A stretch of 63,895 nt of DNA, the filler included, from Acetivibrio sp. (GTDB lineage: Bacteria; Bacillota; Clostridia; Acetivibrionales; Acetivibrionaceae), in the NCBI RefSeq assembly GCF_035371925.1. It is 5 parts of 5 records of this genome, joined end to end, with 100 filler letters (N's around TTAATTAATTAA, not from the genome) between each part and the next. Parts side by side here need not be neighbours in the genome. Positions count along the whole stretch, not along the records: positions 14,454 to 28,797 come from NZ_DAORXT010000075.1; positions 28,898 to 43,147 come from NZ_DAORXT010000076.1; 3 more parts are not named here. One strand, given 5' to 3'. How positions within the stretch are numbered: the stretch's first letter is position 1; the number at the start of each line of letters is the position of its first letter. Positions 21,213-31,100 of the stretch are shown here, in pieces. Under the pieces are notes generated by a model. That model was not told the origin of the DNA and made no database searches. It was given only the letters and a program-made list of their open reading frames with translations. The position numbers were made by a program, and so were the translations under genes.

Positions 21213-22532
21213 ATGTTTGTTAGGAATTTCTTTAAAGGGGGAGCAAAAGTTCCTCATTTCAAAAATACTGCCGAATTTGAAACGGTCAAAATGGATGTTC
21301 CCGAAAAGGTGATAATTCCCATGCTTCAGCATGTGGGAGCACCGTGTGAGCCTTGTGTGAAGAAGGGAGATACTGTCCGGGTAGGGCAGGTAATAGGAGA
21401 CTCTAATGAATATATATCATCACCCATTCATTCAAGCGTATCCGGAACAGTAACAGATGTAGCTCCGGTGCTTCATGCCGGAGGATTTTATGTTACAGCA
21501 GTGGAAATTAAGACTGATGGAAAACAGGAAATTTATGAAGGCATCAAGCCTCCGGTTTTTTCCGACAGCAAAGAATTTGTTTCGGCTATTCGGCAATCCG
21601 GTTTGGTAGGACTTGGTGGAGCGGGATTTCCGGCTCATGTCAAGCTTTCTCCGCCTCCAAGCAAAAAGATTGACACATTGATAATCAATGCTGCTGAGTG
21701 TGAGCCTTATATAACTTCCGATTACCGGGAAATTATTGAAAATTCCTGGAACGTAGTCAGCGGAATCAATATAATTATGGAGGTTTTAGGAATTGACAAT
21801 GTTGTGATAGGTATTGAGGACAACAAGCCGGAAGCCATAAAAGAGATGGTTCGTGTTGCGGCAACAAACAGTAAAATAAAAGTAGTAAAGCTAAAATCCC
21901 GGTATCCGCAGGGTGCGGAGAAAATGCTTATTTATGCCACAACCGGAAGGAAGGTTCCGCCAGGAAAGCTGCCTGCGAATGTTGGAGTAATTGTCATGAA
22001 TGTAAACAGTGTGTCGTTTATATCGGAGTATATCAAAACCGGAATGCCCCTTATTAAGAAAAGGGTCACAGTGGACGGACCTTCGGTTAAAAGACCGGCC
22101 AATGTGGAGGCTTTGATAGGCACACCGATATCCGAAGTTTTCAATTTCTGCGGAGGCTTTGGCATTGTTCCTAAAAAGATATTGATGGGTGGACCGATGA
22201 TGGGAATAGCCCAGTTTACGCTGGATACAGCGGTGGTTAAGCATACAAATGCCCTGCTGGCTTTTGACGAAACGAAAGCCGTATTACCTAAAGAGCAAGA
22301 TTGTATAAGGTGCGGAAGGTGTGTTAAAGCATGTCCGATGAATCTTCTTCCTCTTTATCTCAATAGCAATTCCATAAAAGAAAATATAGAAGAGCTTAAT
22401 AAATACCATGTAATGGATTGCATAGAATGCGGCAGCTGTTCTTATGTATGTCCGGCAAAGATTAATCTTGTACAGTCAATAAGACTTGGCAAGACACAAG
22501 TAAAACAGGCGGCAGCGAAAGGGGGTAATTAA
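21213..22532 (+). CDS. rnfC: Rnf complex subunit C
   Basis: PMLQHVGAP, GLVGLGGAGFP, INAAECEPY, two CxxCxxCxxxCP clusters. Confidence 0.96.
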   Translation: MFVRNFFKGGAKVPHFKNTAEFETVKMDVPEKVIIPMLQHVGAPCEPCVKKGDTVRVGQVIGDSNEYISSPIHSSVSGTVTDVAPVLHAGGFYVTAVEIKTDGKQEIYEGIKPPVFSDSKEFVSAIRQSGLVGLGGAGFPAHVKLSPPPSKKIDTLIINAAECEPYITSDYREIIENSWNVVSGINIIMEVLGIDNVVIGIEDNKPEAIKEMVRVAATNSKIKVVKLKSRYPQGAEKMLIYATTGRKVPPGKLPANVGVIVMNVNSVSFISEYIKTGMPLIKKRVTVDGPSVKRPANVEALIGTPISEVFNFCGGFGIVPKKILMGGPMMGIAQFTLDTAVVKHTNALLAFDETKAVLPKEQDCIRCGRCVKACPMNLLPLYLNSNSIKENIEELNKYHVMDCIECGSCSYVCPAKINLVQSIRLGKTQVKQAAAKGGN

Positions 22533-22533
22533 T

Positions 22534-23490
22534 TTGGAGAAAAGTTTTATAGTATCATCATCGCCACATATAAGGGATAATGCAAATACCAGAAAGATAA
22601 TGCTGGATGTGATTATTGCTCTTCTTCCGGCATCGTTGGCGGGAGTCTATTTCTTTGGCCCCAGAACGCTGCTGGTGATTTTAGTAAGTGTCTTGGCCTG
22701 CGTGTTGTCAGAGTATGCTTCAAGAAAGCTGATGAAGAGAAGCAATACAATTTCGGATTTGAGTGCAGTGGTCACAGGACTTTTGTTGGCATTAAACCTT
22801 CCACCCACAGCACCTTTGTGGATGGTTGTTGTAGGAGCGGTTGTGGCAATTGTTATTATAAAACAGTTGTTTGGCGGTATAGGTCAGAATTTCATCAATC
22901 CTGCAATGGGGGCAAGAGTGTTTTTGTTTATGTCCTATGCAAATCACATGACCAATTGGGTAATACCCGGTGCGGATGCAGTGTCATCGGCAACACCTTT
23001 GGGAATCCTTAAGGCTGAAGAGGCTGCAGAAGCTGTCCTTCCAACCTATAAAGACCTTTTCTTAGGAAATATAGGGGGATGTATAGGCGAAGTTTCCGCC
23101 GCTGCTCTTTTGTTAGGCGGGGTATATCTTGTGGCAAGAAAGGTCATAGGTCCGGAAATACCTTTGGCATACATCGGAACTTTGGGATTGTTTACATGGA
23201 TATTTGGAGGACCGACATTCTTTAGCGGGGACTTTTTATACCACATACTCTCAGGAGGTCTGATGCTGGGCGCAATTTATATGGCTACAGATTATGCCAC
23301 TTCGCCGATGACCACAAAAGGACGCATAATCATGGGTATAGGCTGTGGACTTCTTACAGGTATCATACGTTTGTACACCAACTATCCGGAAGGAGTATCC
23401 TTTGCAATCCTCATAATGAATGTAATGGTTCCGTTGATTGACAGATATACCGTTCCAAAAAGTTTTGGAGGTGGAAAAGCCGTTGCGTGA
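22534..23490 (+). CDS. rnfD: Rnf complex subunit D
   Basis: SSSPHI, KQLFGGIGQNFINPA, SSATPL (FMN site), MATDYATSP. Confidence 0.96.
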   Translation: MEKSFIVSSSPHIRDNANTRKIMLDVIIALLPASLAGVYFFGPRTLLVILVSVLACVLSEYASRKLMKRSNTISDLSAVVTGLLLALNLPPTAPLWMVVVGAVVAIVIIKQLFGGIGQNFINPAMGARVFLFMSYANHMTNWVIPGADAVSSATPLGILKAEEAAEAVLPTYKDLFLGNIGGCIGEVSAAALLLGGVYLVARKVIGPEIPLAYIGTLGLFTWIFGGPTFFSGDFLYHILSGGLMLGAIYMATDYATSPMTTKGRIIMGIGCGLLTGIIRLYTNYPEGVSFAILIMNVMVPLIDRYTVPKSFGGGKAVA

Positions 23491-24076
23491 TATAGTTAAA
23501 CCAACAGTAGTTTTATTGTTAATATGTTCTATTGTTACTTTAGCTTTGGCATTTACCAATACGCTGACCAAGGATAAGATAGACGAGGCGGCCAGAATAG
23601 AGGAGGATAATGCCAAAAGAGAAGTATTGGCTTTAGCCGAAAGCTTTGAAGAGATTCAAGCTCTTGACGCGATAGTAAACCGAAATGAGGCTCTTTCTCC
23701 CGTAAAAAAGGCCTTTGTGGGATTGAAAGGCGAAGATGTGGTTGGAAGAGTGTTCATTACTGAAACAAAAGGCTACGGTGGCACAATAAAAATAACAGTG
23801 GGTATAGACAGCGAAGGAACTATAACCAAAGTAAAGATTGGAGACAACAATGAAACACCGGGTCTAGGAGCAAAAGCAAAAGACGAGCCGTTTATATCTC
23901 AATTTGAGAATATTGCTCCAAAAGAGCGGCTGACTGTTGTAAAAAATAAAAAATCAAAAGATGAAGAGATTAATGCCATAAGCGGGGCGACGATAACTTC
24001 CAAGGCTGTGACAAAAGCAGTTCAGGCAGCTCTTGACGTTAACGCCGAGCTTGAAAAAGCAGAGGGGGATTTATAG
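23483..24076 (+). CDS. rnfG: Rnf complex subunit G
   Basis: GYGG, ETPGLG and AISGATITS FMN-binding motifs; start placed at TTG 23483 after a GGAGG SD (uncertain). Confidence 0.93.
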   Translation: MRDIVKPTVVLLLICSIVTLALAFTNTLTKDKIDEAARIEEDNAKREVLALAESFEEIQALDAIVNRNEALSPVKKAFVGLKGEDVVGRVFITETKGYGGTIKITVGIDSEGTITKVKIGDNNETPGLGAKAKDEPFISQFENIAPKERLTVVKNKKSKDEEINAISGATITSKAVTKAVQAALDVNAELEKAEGDL

Positions 24077-24077
24077 A

Positions 24078-24743
24078 ATGAAAGGTTTTAAAACTGTAAC
24101 GAAAGGAATAATAAAGGAAAATCCGGTATTCAGGCTTGTTCTTGGTACCTGCCCCACTCTGGCTGTAACAACATCAGCCGAAAATGCCATAGGAATGGGG
24201 GCTGCTGTTATATTTGTGTTGATGGGGTCAAATGCAGTGATTTCCCTTTTGAGAAAGGTAATACCTGACAAAGTGAGAATTCCTGCCTATATAACAATTA
24301 TTTCAGGATTTGTAACGATAGTGCAGATGCTGCTTAAAGCATATCTTCCAGCTATTGACAAACAGCTGGGAATATATATACCTCTTATTGTTGTAAACTG
24401 TATAATACTTGCCAGGGCAGAGATGTTTGCAAGCAAGAATGGGCCGCTTATGTCAATTCTTGACGGTCTTGGCATGGGAATAGGCTTTACTCTGTCGCTT
24501 CTTGTTATGGGAAGTATTAGGGAGATACTTGGAAATGGCACATGGTTTGGAATGAATATTACCGGCGGAATTTATGAACCGGCAATAATTATGATACTTC
24601 CTCCCGGCGGATTTTTAGCATTTGGATTTATAATGGCAGCCATAAACAAGTTTTCTACAAAAAAAGTTGAGCACACCGGCTGTGCATCATGTCCTATGCC
24701 TTGCGGGGTTTCAAATAATGGCGAGGAGGCTCAAGCAAAATGA
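24078..24743 (+). CDS. rnfE: Rnf complex subunit E
   Basis: ENPVFRLVLGTCPTLAVT, IPLIVVNCIILARAE. Confidence 0.95.
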   Translation: MKGFKTVTKGIIKENPVFRLVLGTCPTLAVTTSAENAIGMGAAVIFVLMGSNAVISLLRKVIPDKVRIPAYITIISGFVTIVQMLLKAYLPAIDKQLGIYIPLIVVNCIILARAEMFASKNGPLMSILDGLGMGIGFTLSLLVMGSIREILGNGTWFGMNITGGIYEPAIIMILPPGGFLAFGFIMAAINKFSTKKVEHTGCASCPMPCGVSNNGEEAQAK

Positions 24744-25327
24744 ATGATGCTAGTTTAATGATTATTATTATATCTGCTTTGTTGGTTAAGAATTTTGTGC
24801 TTTCCCAGTTTTTGGGAATTTGTCCGTTCCTCGGAGTCTCCACAAAGCTTTCCACAGCTTTGGGAATGGGCTGTGCAGTAACCTTTGTTATGACGATTGC
24901 GTCCTTTGTTACGAGATTGCTGTATGATGGCTTGCTCGTTACTTTCGGACTGGAATATTTGCAAACTATACTGTTTATTCTTGTTATAGCAGCACTTGTG
25001 CAGCTTGTCGAAATTATATTGAAGAAGTTTGTACCTCCGCTTTACAGAGCGCTTGGTATATACCTTCCTCTTATTACTACCAACTGCGCTGTGCTGGGAG
25101 TTGCATTGCTAAATATTGACGAGGGATTTAACGTTTTGAGGTCTACAGTTTACGGTTTTGCAGCAGGGCTTGGTTTTACTCTGGCACTGATTCTGTTTGC
25201 CGGCGTAAGGGAAAGATTGGAGTACAGTAATATACCGGAATCATTTAAGGGACTTCCGATAGCATTAATTTCAGCAGCTTTTGTTTCTCTGGCATTCTTC
25301 GGATTCCAAGGGCTTCTGGGTATATAA
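24740..25327 (+). CDS. rnfA: Rnf complex subunit A
   Basis: FLGICPFLGVS, LPLITTNCAVLG. Confidence 0.95.
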   Translation: MNDASLMIIIISALLVKNFVLSQFLGICPFLGVSTKLSTALGMGCAVTFVMTIASFVTRLLYDGLLVTFGLEYLQTILFILVIAALVQLVEIILKKFVPPLYRALGIYLPLITTNCAVLGVALLNIDEGFNVLRSTVYGFAAGLGFTLALILFAGVRERLEYSNIPESFKGLPIALISAAFVSLAFFGFQGLLGI

Positions 25328-25365
25328 AAGTGTTTTCCAGATTATTAAGAGGGGTTGTTTAAAAT

Positions 25366-26169
25366 ATGGTTTTAGATTTGTTAGTACCAACTGCTATTGT
25401 TGGGGGTATAGGCCTTTTGGCAGGATTCGGCCTTTCCATTGCGTCTAAAAAATTTGAGGTCAAGGTTGACGAAAAAGTTGGTATGGTAAGAGAGGTTCTG
25501 CCCGGTGCCAATTGCGGTGCCTGCGGACAGACGGGCTGTGACGCATTTGCAGAGGCCGTTGTAGAGGGAAAATGCAAACCGAATGGCTGCCCCGTAGGTG
25601 GACAGGATGTTGCCGATAAAATTGGTGAGATTCTCGGCGTAAAAGCTGAAGCGGCCGAGGCAAAGGTTGCCAGGGTTATGTGCTCGGGAACTTATCAATC
25701 GTGCAAGACAAAGTATGAGTATACGGGAATCGAGGATTGTACAGCAGCATCAGCCCTCTTTGGCGGACCTTCGGCATGTACTTACGGTTGTGTGGGTATG
25801 GGTAATTGCGTAAGGGCTTGTCCCTTTAATGCAATTGTGATCATAGACGGTTTGGCGAGAATTATAGAGTCTAGGTGCAAGGCATGTGAAATGTGTGTGG
25901 CTTCATGTCCCAAGAAAATAATTAAAGTGGTTCCAAAGTCCAATGAGTATACAGTGGCATGTTCCAGCAAGGATAAGGGAGCTATGGTACGAAAGAATTG
26001 CAATGTGGGTTGCATAGGCTGTGCAAAATGCTCCAAAGTATGCCAGCATAATGCCATAGAGATTCAAGGAACGCTGGCGAAAATAAATGCCAAGACTTGT
26101 GCCAATTGCGGTGAATGTAAAGGCACTTGTCCTACCGGAGCGATAAAAAAGTTTAAGTGCGAAGTTTAG
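25366..26169 (+). CDS. rnfB: Rnf complex subunit B
   Basis: LPGANCGACG..GC plus several 4Fe-4S motifs. Confidence 0.95.
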   Translation: MVLDLLVPTAIVGGIGLLAGFGLSIASKKFEVKVDEKVGMVREVLPGANCGACGQTGCDAFAEAVVEGKCKPNGCPVGGQDVADKIGEILGVKAEAAEAKVARVMCSGTYQSCKTKYEYTGIEDCTAASALFGGPSACTYGCVGMGNCVRACPFNAIVIIDGLARIIESRCKACEMCVASCPKKIIKVVPKSNEYTVACSSKDKGAMVRKNCNVGCIGCAKCSKVCQHNAIEIQGTLAKINAKTCANCGECKGTCPTGAIKKFKCEV

Positions 26170-26226
26170 ATATTTTCTCATATTAAGCTCAGCATATGCT
26201 GGGCTTTAAATATTTTTGCAGTTGCT

Positions 26227-26457
26227 TTATTGCTTTTTGGTAACCAGTATTTGATTTCTGCCGCTTTTAGAGGATTTTCTTACATCATAGCCCCTCATTA
26301 TCAATGTGTCGTATATTTTGTCGGTTTGCAAAAGAGAATTTTTTCCAACATCCAAAATCAATGTTTCGTCCGGCTTTAGTTCACTTGACAGCTTTTCCAA
26401 TGTGGCATCTATATTCAGATTTTCTGCATTAATAATTTTATCCTCGTCCTGATTCAT
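26227..26457 (-). CDS. Small hypothetical protein
   Basis: 76-aa ORF preceded by an AGGAGG SD. Confidence 0.75.
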   Translation of the reverse strand: MNQDEDKIINAENLNIDATLEKLSSELKPDETLILDVGKNSLLQTDKIYDTLIMRGYDVRKSSKSGRNQILVTKKQ

Positions 26458-26629
26458 TTTATTTCCTCCTGCTTTTCGGATATACTCAACGATAAATGAT
26501 TTAAACTGAATCGAGAAAATGTTTGAAAGTTTAATTTTGGGCGTATATATTCTGTATATAGTATTGACATATGGATTGGATTATATAATGAAAATGTTAT
26601 TATAAAAATTTTTTATTAAGGAGCAGGCT

Positions 26630-27139
26630 ATGAAGAAGACGAATATTGTACTTATAGGTATGCCGGGAGCAGGCAAAAGTACTGTAGGAGTGCTTTTGGC
26701 AAAGGCAATGAAAATGCCTTTTGTTGATACGGATTTGCTGATACAGCAAAAGTATAACAAGTATCTTCAAGAGATCATTGATGAAGTTGGTGTTGAAGAA
26801 TTTCTTTCAATTGAGGAGAAGGTGGCTCTTGAGCTGAATGTCAAAAACCATGTCATTGCAACAGGGGGAAGCATGGTTTACAGCAATCGGGCTTTGAATC
26901 ATCTTAAAAAGGATGGGATACTTGTTTATTTGCAGCTAAGATACGATGAGATTGAAAGCAGACTAGCCAATATATCCAGCAGGGGAATTGCCATGGAGAA
27001 GGGCCAAACGTTGATTGGCCTTTACAGTGAGAGAGTTCCTTTGTATGAAAAGCATGCGGATATTACTGTAAATTGCTCCGGTAAAGACATAGAGGCCATT
27101 GTTGCAGAAATAAAAAATACATTTATAGTGGCAGAATAA
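26630..27139 (+). CDS. aroK: Shikimate kinase
   Basis: IGMPGAGKST, FVDTD, VIATGGS motifs. Confidence 0.9.
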   Translation: MKKTNIVLIGMPGAGKSTVGVLLAKAMKMPFVDTDLLIQQKYNKYLQEIIDEVGVEEFLSIEEKVALELNVKNHVIATGGSMVYSNRALNHLKKDGILVYLQLRYDEIESRLANISSRGIAMEKGQTLIGLYSERVPLYEKHADITVNCSGKDIEAIVAEIKNTFIVAE

Positions 27140-27199
27140 ATTTTTTTAAAAATTTTTATAAAGTTTGTATAAAAAGACCGAATATGGGTCAATAATATA

Positions 27200-27269
27200 A
27201 ATGACCTCACAAAATACATTTTGACCCCCTTTACATGGGTTAGTCTTCAAGACTAACCTCTTTTTTTTT
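27200..27269 (+). ncRNA. Candidate CsfG-like sporulation sRNA
   Basis: SigF/SigG-like promoter (TGTATA 27166-27171; GGTCAATAATA ending 27197), pyrimidine motifs ACCTCA and ACCCCCTTT, then a perfect GGTTAGTCT/AGACTAACC hairpin and T9. Confidence 0.5.
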
Positions 27270-27635
27270 AATGTGTTAAAGACATTGCTTATGTTTAGCA
27301 TTGTTAGACAAAAAAACATTCCAAATAAAAAACTTGTGTAGGATGGTAATTATTTGATATAATAATTTTATATTATCACTTTGGCAGATATTCCATTAAT
27401 TCATTGGAAATTAACTCATATCATATATAAATTTAACAAAAAGTTTAGCTAAAATAGAATATTAGCGGCAGCCGCAAATACATATAAGATATGATGTTGT
27501 GATATGTAGGACTTGGCCGCCCACTGTTGGAATTGTAAAAATAAAATTGAATAAAATATTTAAGCTTAAAAATGTTAGAAAGTAAATATTTTAGATGAAA
27601 TAATATTAGATAAACTAATATAGGAGGGCCGGCCG

Positions 27636-28070
27636 ATGAAGCATACATATATTTTTGAAGAAGGGAATTGGAAAGCGGAAGGTCTTTATTTTGACCATGA
27701 GAATAATTGTGTTGGAGTTTATGGAGAGACATCAATCAAACATTTAAAAGATGAATGGATTTTAGATGGATTTATGGAGCTGAAAACAGAAAATCCTATA
27801 AGGTTTTTTAATAAATATTCAATAAAACCGATATCAGATAGAAAAGATTATACAAGTTGGACATCAGAGAACCCAGCATTAGGGAAATTAATCGGAAAAT
27901 TTATGATTATAGGAGATACCATTTTGTCATCCTATATCTCCGAAAACGGTATATATTCTGGTACCGAAAGCTTGTTTAAAATAGATGAAAACACATATCT
28001 AAATAGAGGTTTTGCGTTCAATAGAGAAAACAAGCTTTCATCGTGGGAAGTCAAATTAGAGCGTGTCTAG
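27636..28070 (+). CDS. Hypothetical protein (beta-barrel-like)
   Basis: 144-aa ORF with a GGAGG SD. Confidence 0.75.
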   Translation: MKHTYIFEEGNWKAEGLYFDHENNCVGVYGETSIKHLKDEWILDGFMELKTENPIRFFNKYSIKPISDRKDYTSWTSENPALGKLIGKFMIIGDTILSSYISENGIYSGTESLFKIDENTYLNRGFAFNRENKLSSWEVKLERV

Positions 28071-28283
28071 ATTTACCAGCTTTTTTATATTAGGACAAAT
28101 CAATTATATAATTTTGGGGATAACTTTATACTTTGATGAATTAATATTATGCAAACCTACAGAAGATGTAATAATATATTTTTTGCCAAAATGCTTGATA
28201 TATTGGAAAACCTGTTTGCTTACGAAAAAATGAATCAGTGATGGGTTCAATTGAAGTATTTGTGTATTTGGGGAGGAACGGCA

Positions 28284-28793
28284 GTGGAAGTCAGGATTGA
28301 AAGAGCAAAATTGGAGGATGCAAAATTGATACTGGAAGGTCAGAGAAAATGCTTTTTGCCTTTATTAGAGAGGTATCAAGATCATGACCTTAACCCATGC
28401 AATGAGAAATTAGAAAGTATTCAAAAGAGCATCATTGAACATTACTTCTATAAAATCTTAGTAGATGGAAAATTTTCAGGGGCAGTATATGTACATGAGA
28501 ATCCTGATAAGTTGCATATGAAATTACATACAATTTATGTATTGCCGGAGTACCAGAATCTTGGGGTAGCTCAAAAAGCAATTGAATATGTTGAGAAAAT
28601 ACATAATTGTGCCGTGGAATGGGTTTTGGAAACTCCTCATGATTTAGAAAAAAATCATCATTTGTATGAAAAGATGGGGTATGTAAAGACCGGAAAGACT
28701 GAGAAGATAAATGATAGATTGACTATTGTGCATTTTAAAAAGGATATAATGATACCAGAAATTAAGACAGACAAAACGGCCAAAATAAGTTAG
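28284..28793 (+). CDS. GNAT family N-acetyltransferase
   Basis: VLPEYQNLGVAQ acetyl-CoA motif; NHHLYEKMGY. Confidence 0.88.
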   Translation: MEVRIERAKLEDAKLILEGQRKCFLPLLERYQDHDLNPCNEKLESIQKSIIEHYFYKILVDGKFSGAVYVHENPDKLHMKLHTIYVLPEYQNLGVAQKAIEYVEKIHNCAVEWVLETPHDLEKNHHLYEKMGYVKTGKTEKINDRLTIVHFKKDIMIPEIKTDKTAKIS

Positions 28794-28797
28794 AATG

Positions 28798-28897
28798 NNN
28801 NNNNNNNNNNNNNNNNNNNNNNNNNNNNNNNNNNNNNNNNNTTAATTAATTAANNNNNNNNNNNNNNNNNNNNNNNNNNNNNNNNNNNNNNNNNNNN
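28798..28897. other. Artificial contig linker
   Basis: 100 bp of N with TTAATTAATTAA. Confidence 0.99.
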
Positions 28898-28931
28898 GGA
28901 TAATTAAAAGGATTTTGCAGGATGGAAAAAT

Positions 28932-30989
28932 TTGATGGGTGTCAAACAAGCGGGAGCACAAAATAATACATTATATTATACCGGAATCATTTTGAAACTG
29001 GAAAATGACAAAGCAATCGTATTGACTGACGAGTTTGATTTTATGGAACTCAGACTCAAACCCGGTATGCAACGCGGTCAGCATGTCATTTTTGACCAGT
29101 CTGACTTATATTCTGCCGATTTCGTTACAAAGTACAAAAATATTATAAAACCTTTTTCTGTATTGATTTCTTCGGCTGCAATTTTCCTTATAATCTTTTT
29201 CAGCCTGAGATTCGCTTCAGTCTCGCAGGAATATGCCTATATAGACCTTGATATAAATCCAAGCCTGGAGCTTGTTATCAACAAGAAAGAAACAGTTATA
29301 GATGTAAAAGCTTTTAATGAAGAAGCAAAATCTATTCTCAATGAAGCAAACCCGGAAGATATGCTGTTATACGATGCTTTATCGAAAATATTGGATATTT
29401 CAAAGAAAAAAGGGTATTTAAACTCTACCAATAACATTGTCCTGTTTTCTACCTCAATAAGTTCAGCCCGGGACAATGCTTCCGAAAGGGATGAAGGTAT
29501 TCAGGAAATAATATCCACTCTCAAAGTTGCTGCAGAAGACGCCGGAGTGAGATTTGAAATTATACCGTCTACTGAAGAAGAAAGACAAAAGGCTTTAGAT
29601 CAGAGTCTCTCAATGGGAAGGTATGCCATATATTCAAAAGCTGTGGAAGAAGGCATTAACCTTGACTTGGAAGATGCAAGAAATTTAAGCGTTTCCGAGA
29701 TTCTAAACAAATTAAACCTAAGCAATGCCTCTGTCCCCAATAATCAGGAAGGCTCTGACGTTATGCCTACAATTTGGGCTGCATCCGAACCTACTCCCAG
29801 CCCTACATCTGTTTATACTACTACAGCAAAAGAGACAGCAACACAGCATGTTGAAATACCGGAAACTTTATCAACAGCCATAAGCGTTTCGACAGCACAA
29901 AAAACTCCATCAAGTTCATATACAACTGCACCGATTTTCACCCAATCGGGCACACCTGTTCCAACTAACAGAGTAGAGATTACACTTGCGCCTACGCCTA
30001 CACCTACACTTAAATCTACACCTAAGCCTACATCTACACCTACACTTTCATCTACACCTAAGCCTACATCTACACCTGCACCTACACTGACGTCTACACC
30101 TAAACCTACATCTGCATCTACATCTACACCTAAGCCTACATCTACATCCACACCTAAACCTACATCTACGTCTACATATACGGCTTCAACGTCTACACCT
30201 GCATCTACACCTACAGCTTCAACGTCTACACCTACATTATCGCCTACATCTACTCCTACGGTTTCAGCATCTACACCTGCATTATCGCCTTCTTCTACAC
30301 CTACGACTTCAGCATCTACACCTACATTATCACCTTCGTCTACTCCTACGGTTTCAGCGTCTACACCTACATTATCACCTTCATCTACTCCTACGGCTTC
30401 AACGTCTACACCTACATTATCACCTTCATCTACTCCTACAGCTTCAACGTCTACACCTACATTATCACCTTCATCTACTCCTACAGGAACCGACTTGTTA
30501 ACTAGGGTTGAGTTGCAAGCATACAATCACATCAGAGACTCTGAAACCAAAGAGCTTCAACCCAGAATCAAGCTTATAAACACCGGAAATACGCCAATAA
30601 CACTCTCTGATGTGAAAATCAGATATTACTATACAAGGGACAGAGTAATCAATGAAATCTTCACTTGTGACTGGTCAAACATTACTGCTTCTAAAATAAC
30701 AGGAACTGTAGTTCATATGACCGATGCAAAACCAAACGCTGACAGCTATATTGAAATAGGATTTACTGATAGTGCCGGCATTCTAAAACCCGGCCAAAAC
30801 GTTGAAATAGTGAGCAGAACCGGAAACAGCTATGCTTTAAGCTTGGCAACCCCGCCATACTCAGAATGGAATTATATGTATGATCAAGAATCCGACTATT
30901 CCTTCAACAATGCTTCTAAAGACTTTGTAGTCTGGGATAAGATTACTGTGTATATTTCAGGAAATCTATACTGGGGAATTGAACCCTGA
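28932..30989 (+). CDS. rsgI: Anti-sigma-I factor RsgI with C-terminal CBM3 (RsgI2-like); start uncertain next to the gap
   Basis: RsgI N-domain (GIILKLENDKAIVLT), TM helix, IDLDINPSLEL periplasmic domain, S/T/P linker, CBM3 (VKIRYYYT..CDWS). Confidence 0.92.
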   Translation: MMGVKQAGAQNNTLYYTGIILKLENDKAIVLTDEFDFMELRLKPGMQRGQHVIFDQSDLYSADFVTKYKNIIKPFSVLISSAAIFLIIFFSLRFASVSQEYAYIDLDINPSLELVINKKETVIDVKAFNEEAKSILNEANPEDMLLYDALSKILDISKKKGYLNSTNNIVLFSTSISSARDNASERDEGIQEIISTLKVAAEDAGVRFEIIPSTEEERQKALDQSLSMGRYAIYSKAVEEGINLDLEDARNLSVSEILNKLNLSNASVPNNQEGSDVMPTIWAASEPTPSPTSVYTTTAKETATQHVEIPETLSTAISVSTAQKTPSSSYTTAPIFTQSGTPVPTNRVEITLAPTPTPTLKSTPKPTSTPTLSSTPKPTSTPAPTLTSTPKPTSASTSTPKPTSTSTPKPTSTSTYTASTSTPASTPTASTSTPTLSPTSTPTVSASTPALSPSSTPTTSASTPTLSPSSTPTVSASTPTLSPSSTPTASTSTPTLSPSSTPTASTSTPTLSPSSTPTGTDLLTRVELQAYNHIRDSETKELQPRIKLINTGNTPITLSDVKIRYYYTRDRVINEIFTCDWSNITASKITGTVVHMTDAKPNADSYIEIGFTDSAGILKPGQNVEIVSRTGNSYALSLATPPYSEWNYMYDQESDYSFNNASKDFVVWDKITVYISGNLYWGIEP
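29990..30484 (+). repeat. Intragenic tandem repeats encoding the Ser/Thr/Pro linker
   Basis: TPKPTS-type units followed by about six 45-bp units (TPTLSPSSTPT(A/V)S(T/A)S). Confidence 0.9.
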
Positions 30990-30994
30990 AAATA

Positions 30995-31040
30995 AAAAAA
31001 TAAAAGGGGCTGCCCGTCAAATCGAGCAGCCTCTATTTTA
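30995..31040. terminator. Bidirectional terminator between convergent rsgI and MCP
   Basis: GGGGCTGC/GCAGCCTC stem with A-tract before and T-tract after. Confidence 0.7.
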
Positions 31041-31100
31041 TTATGTCAGTATCAAGAATTAGATAGAATGATTAATTATTGCTTTAGTTTGTCAATAATA

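Noticed and set aside
15826..26169. motAB near rnf as a novel ion-coupled module
   Set aside because: As I recall, this matches the ordinary gene order in close relatives, and the two are separated by prmC and an opposite-strand ytvI.
29813..30526. 237-aa antisense VDV-repeat ORF
   Set aside because: Mirror of the S/T/P linker repeats, which lack stops on the reverse strand.
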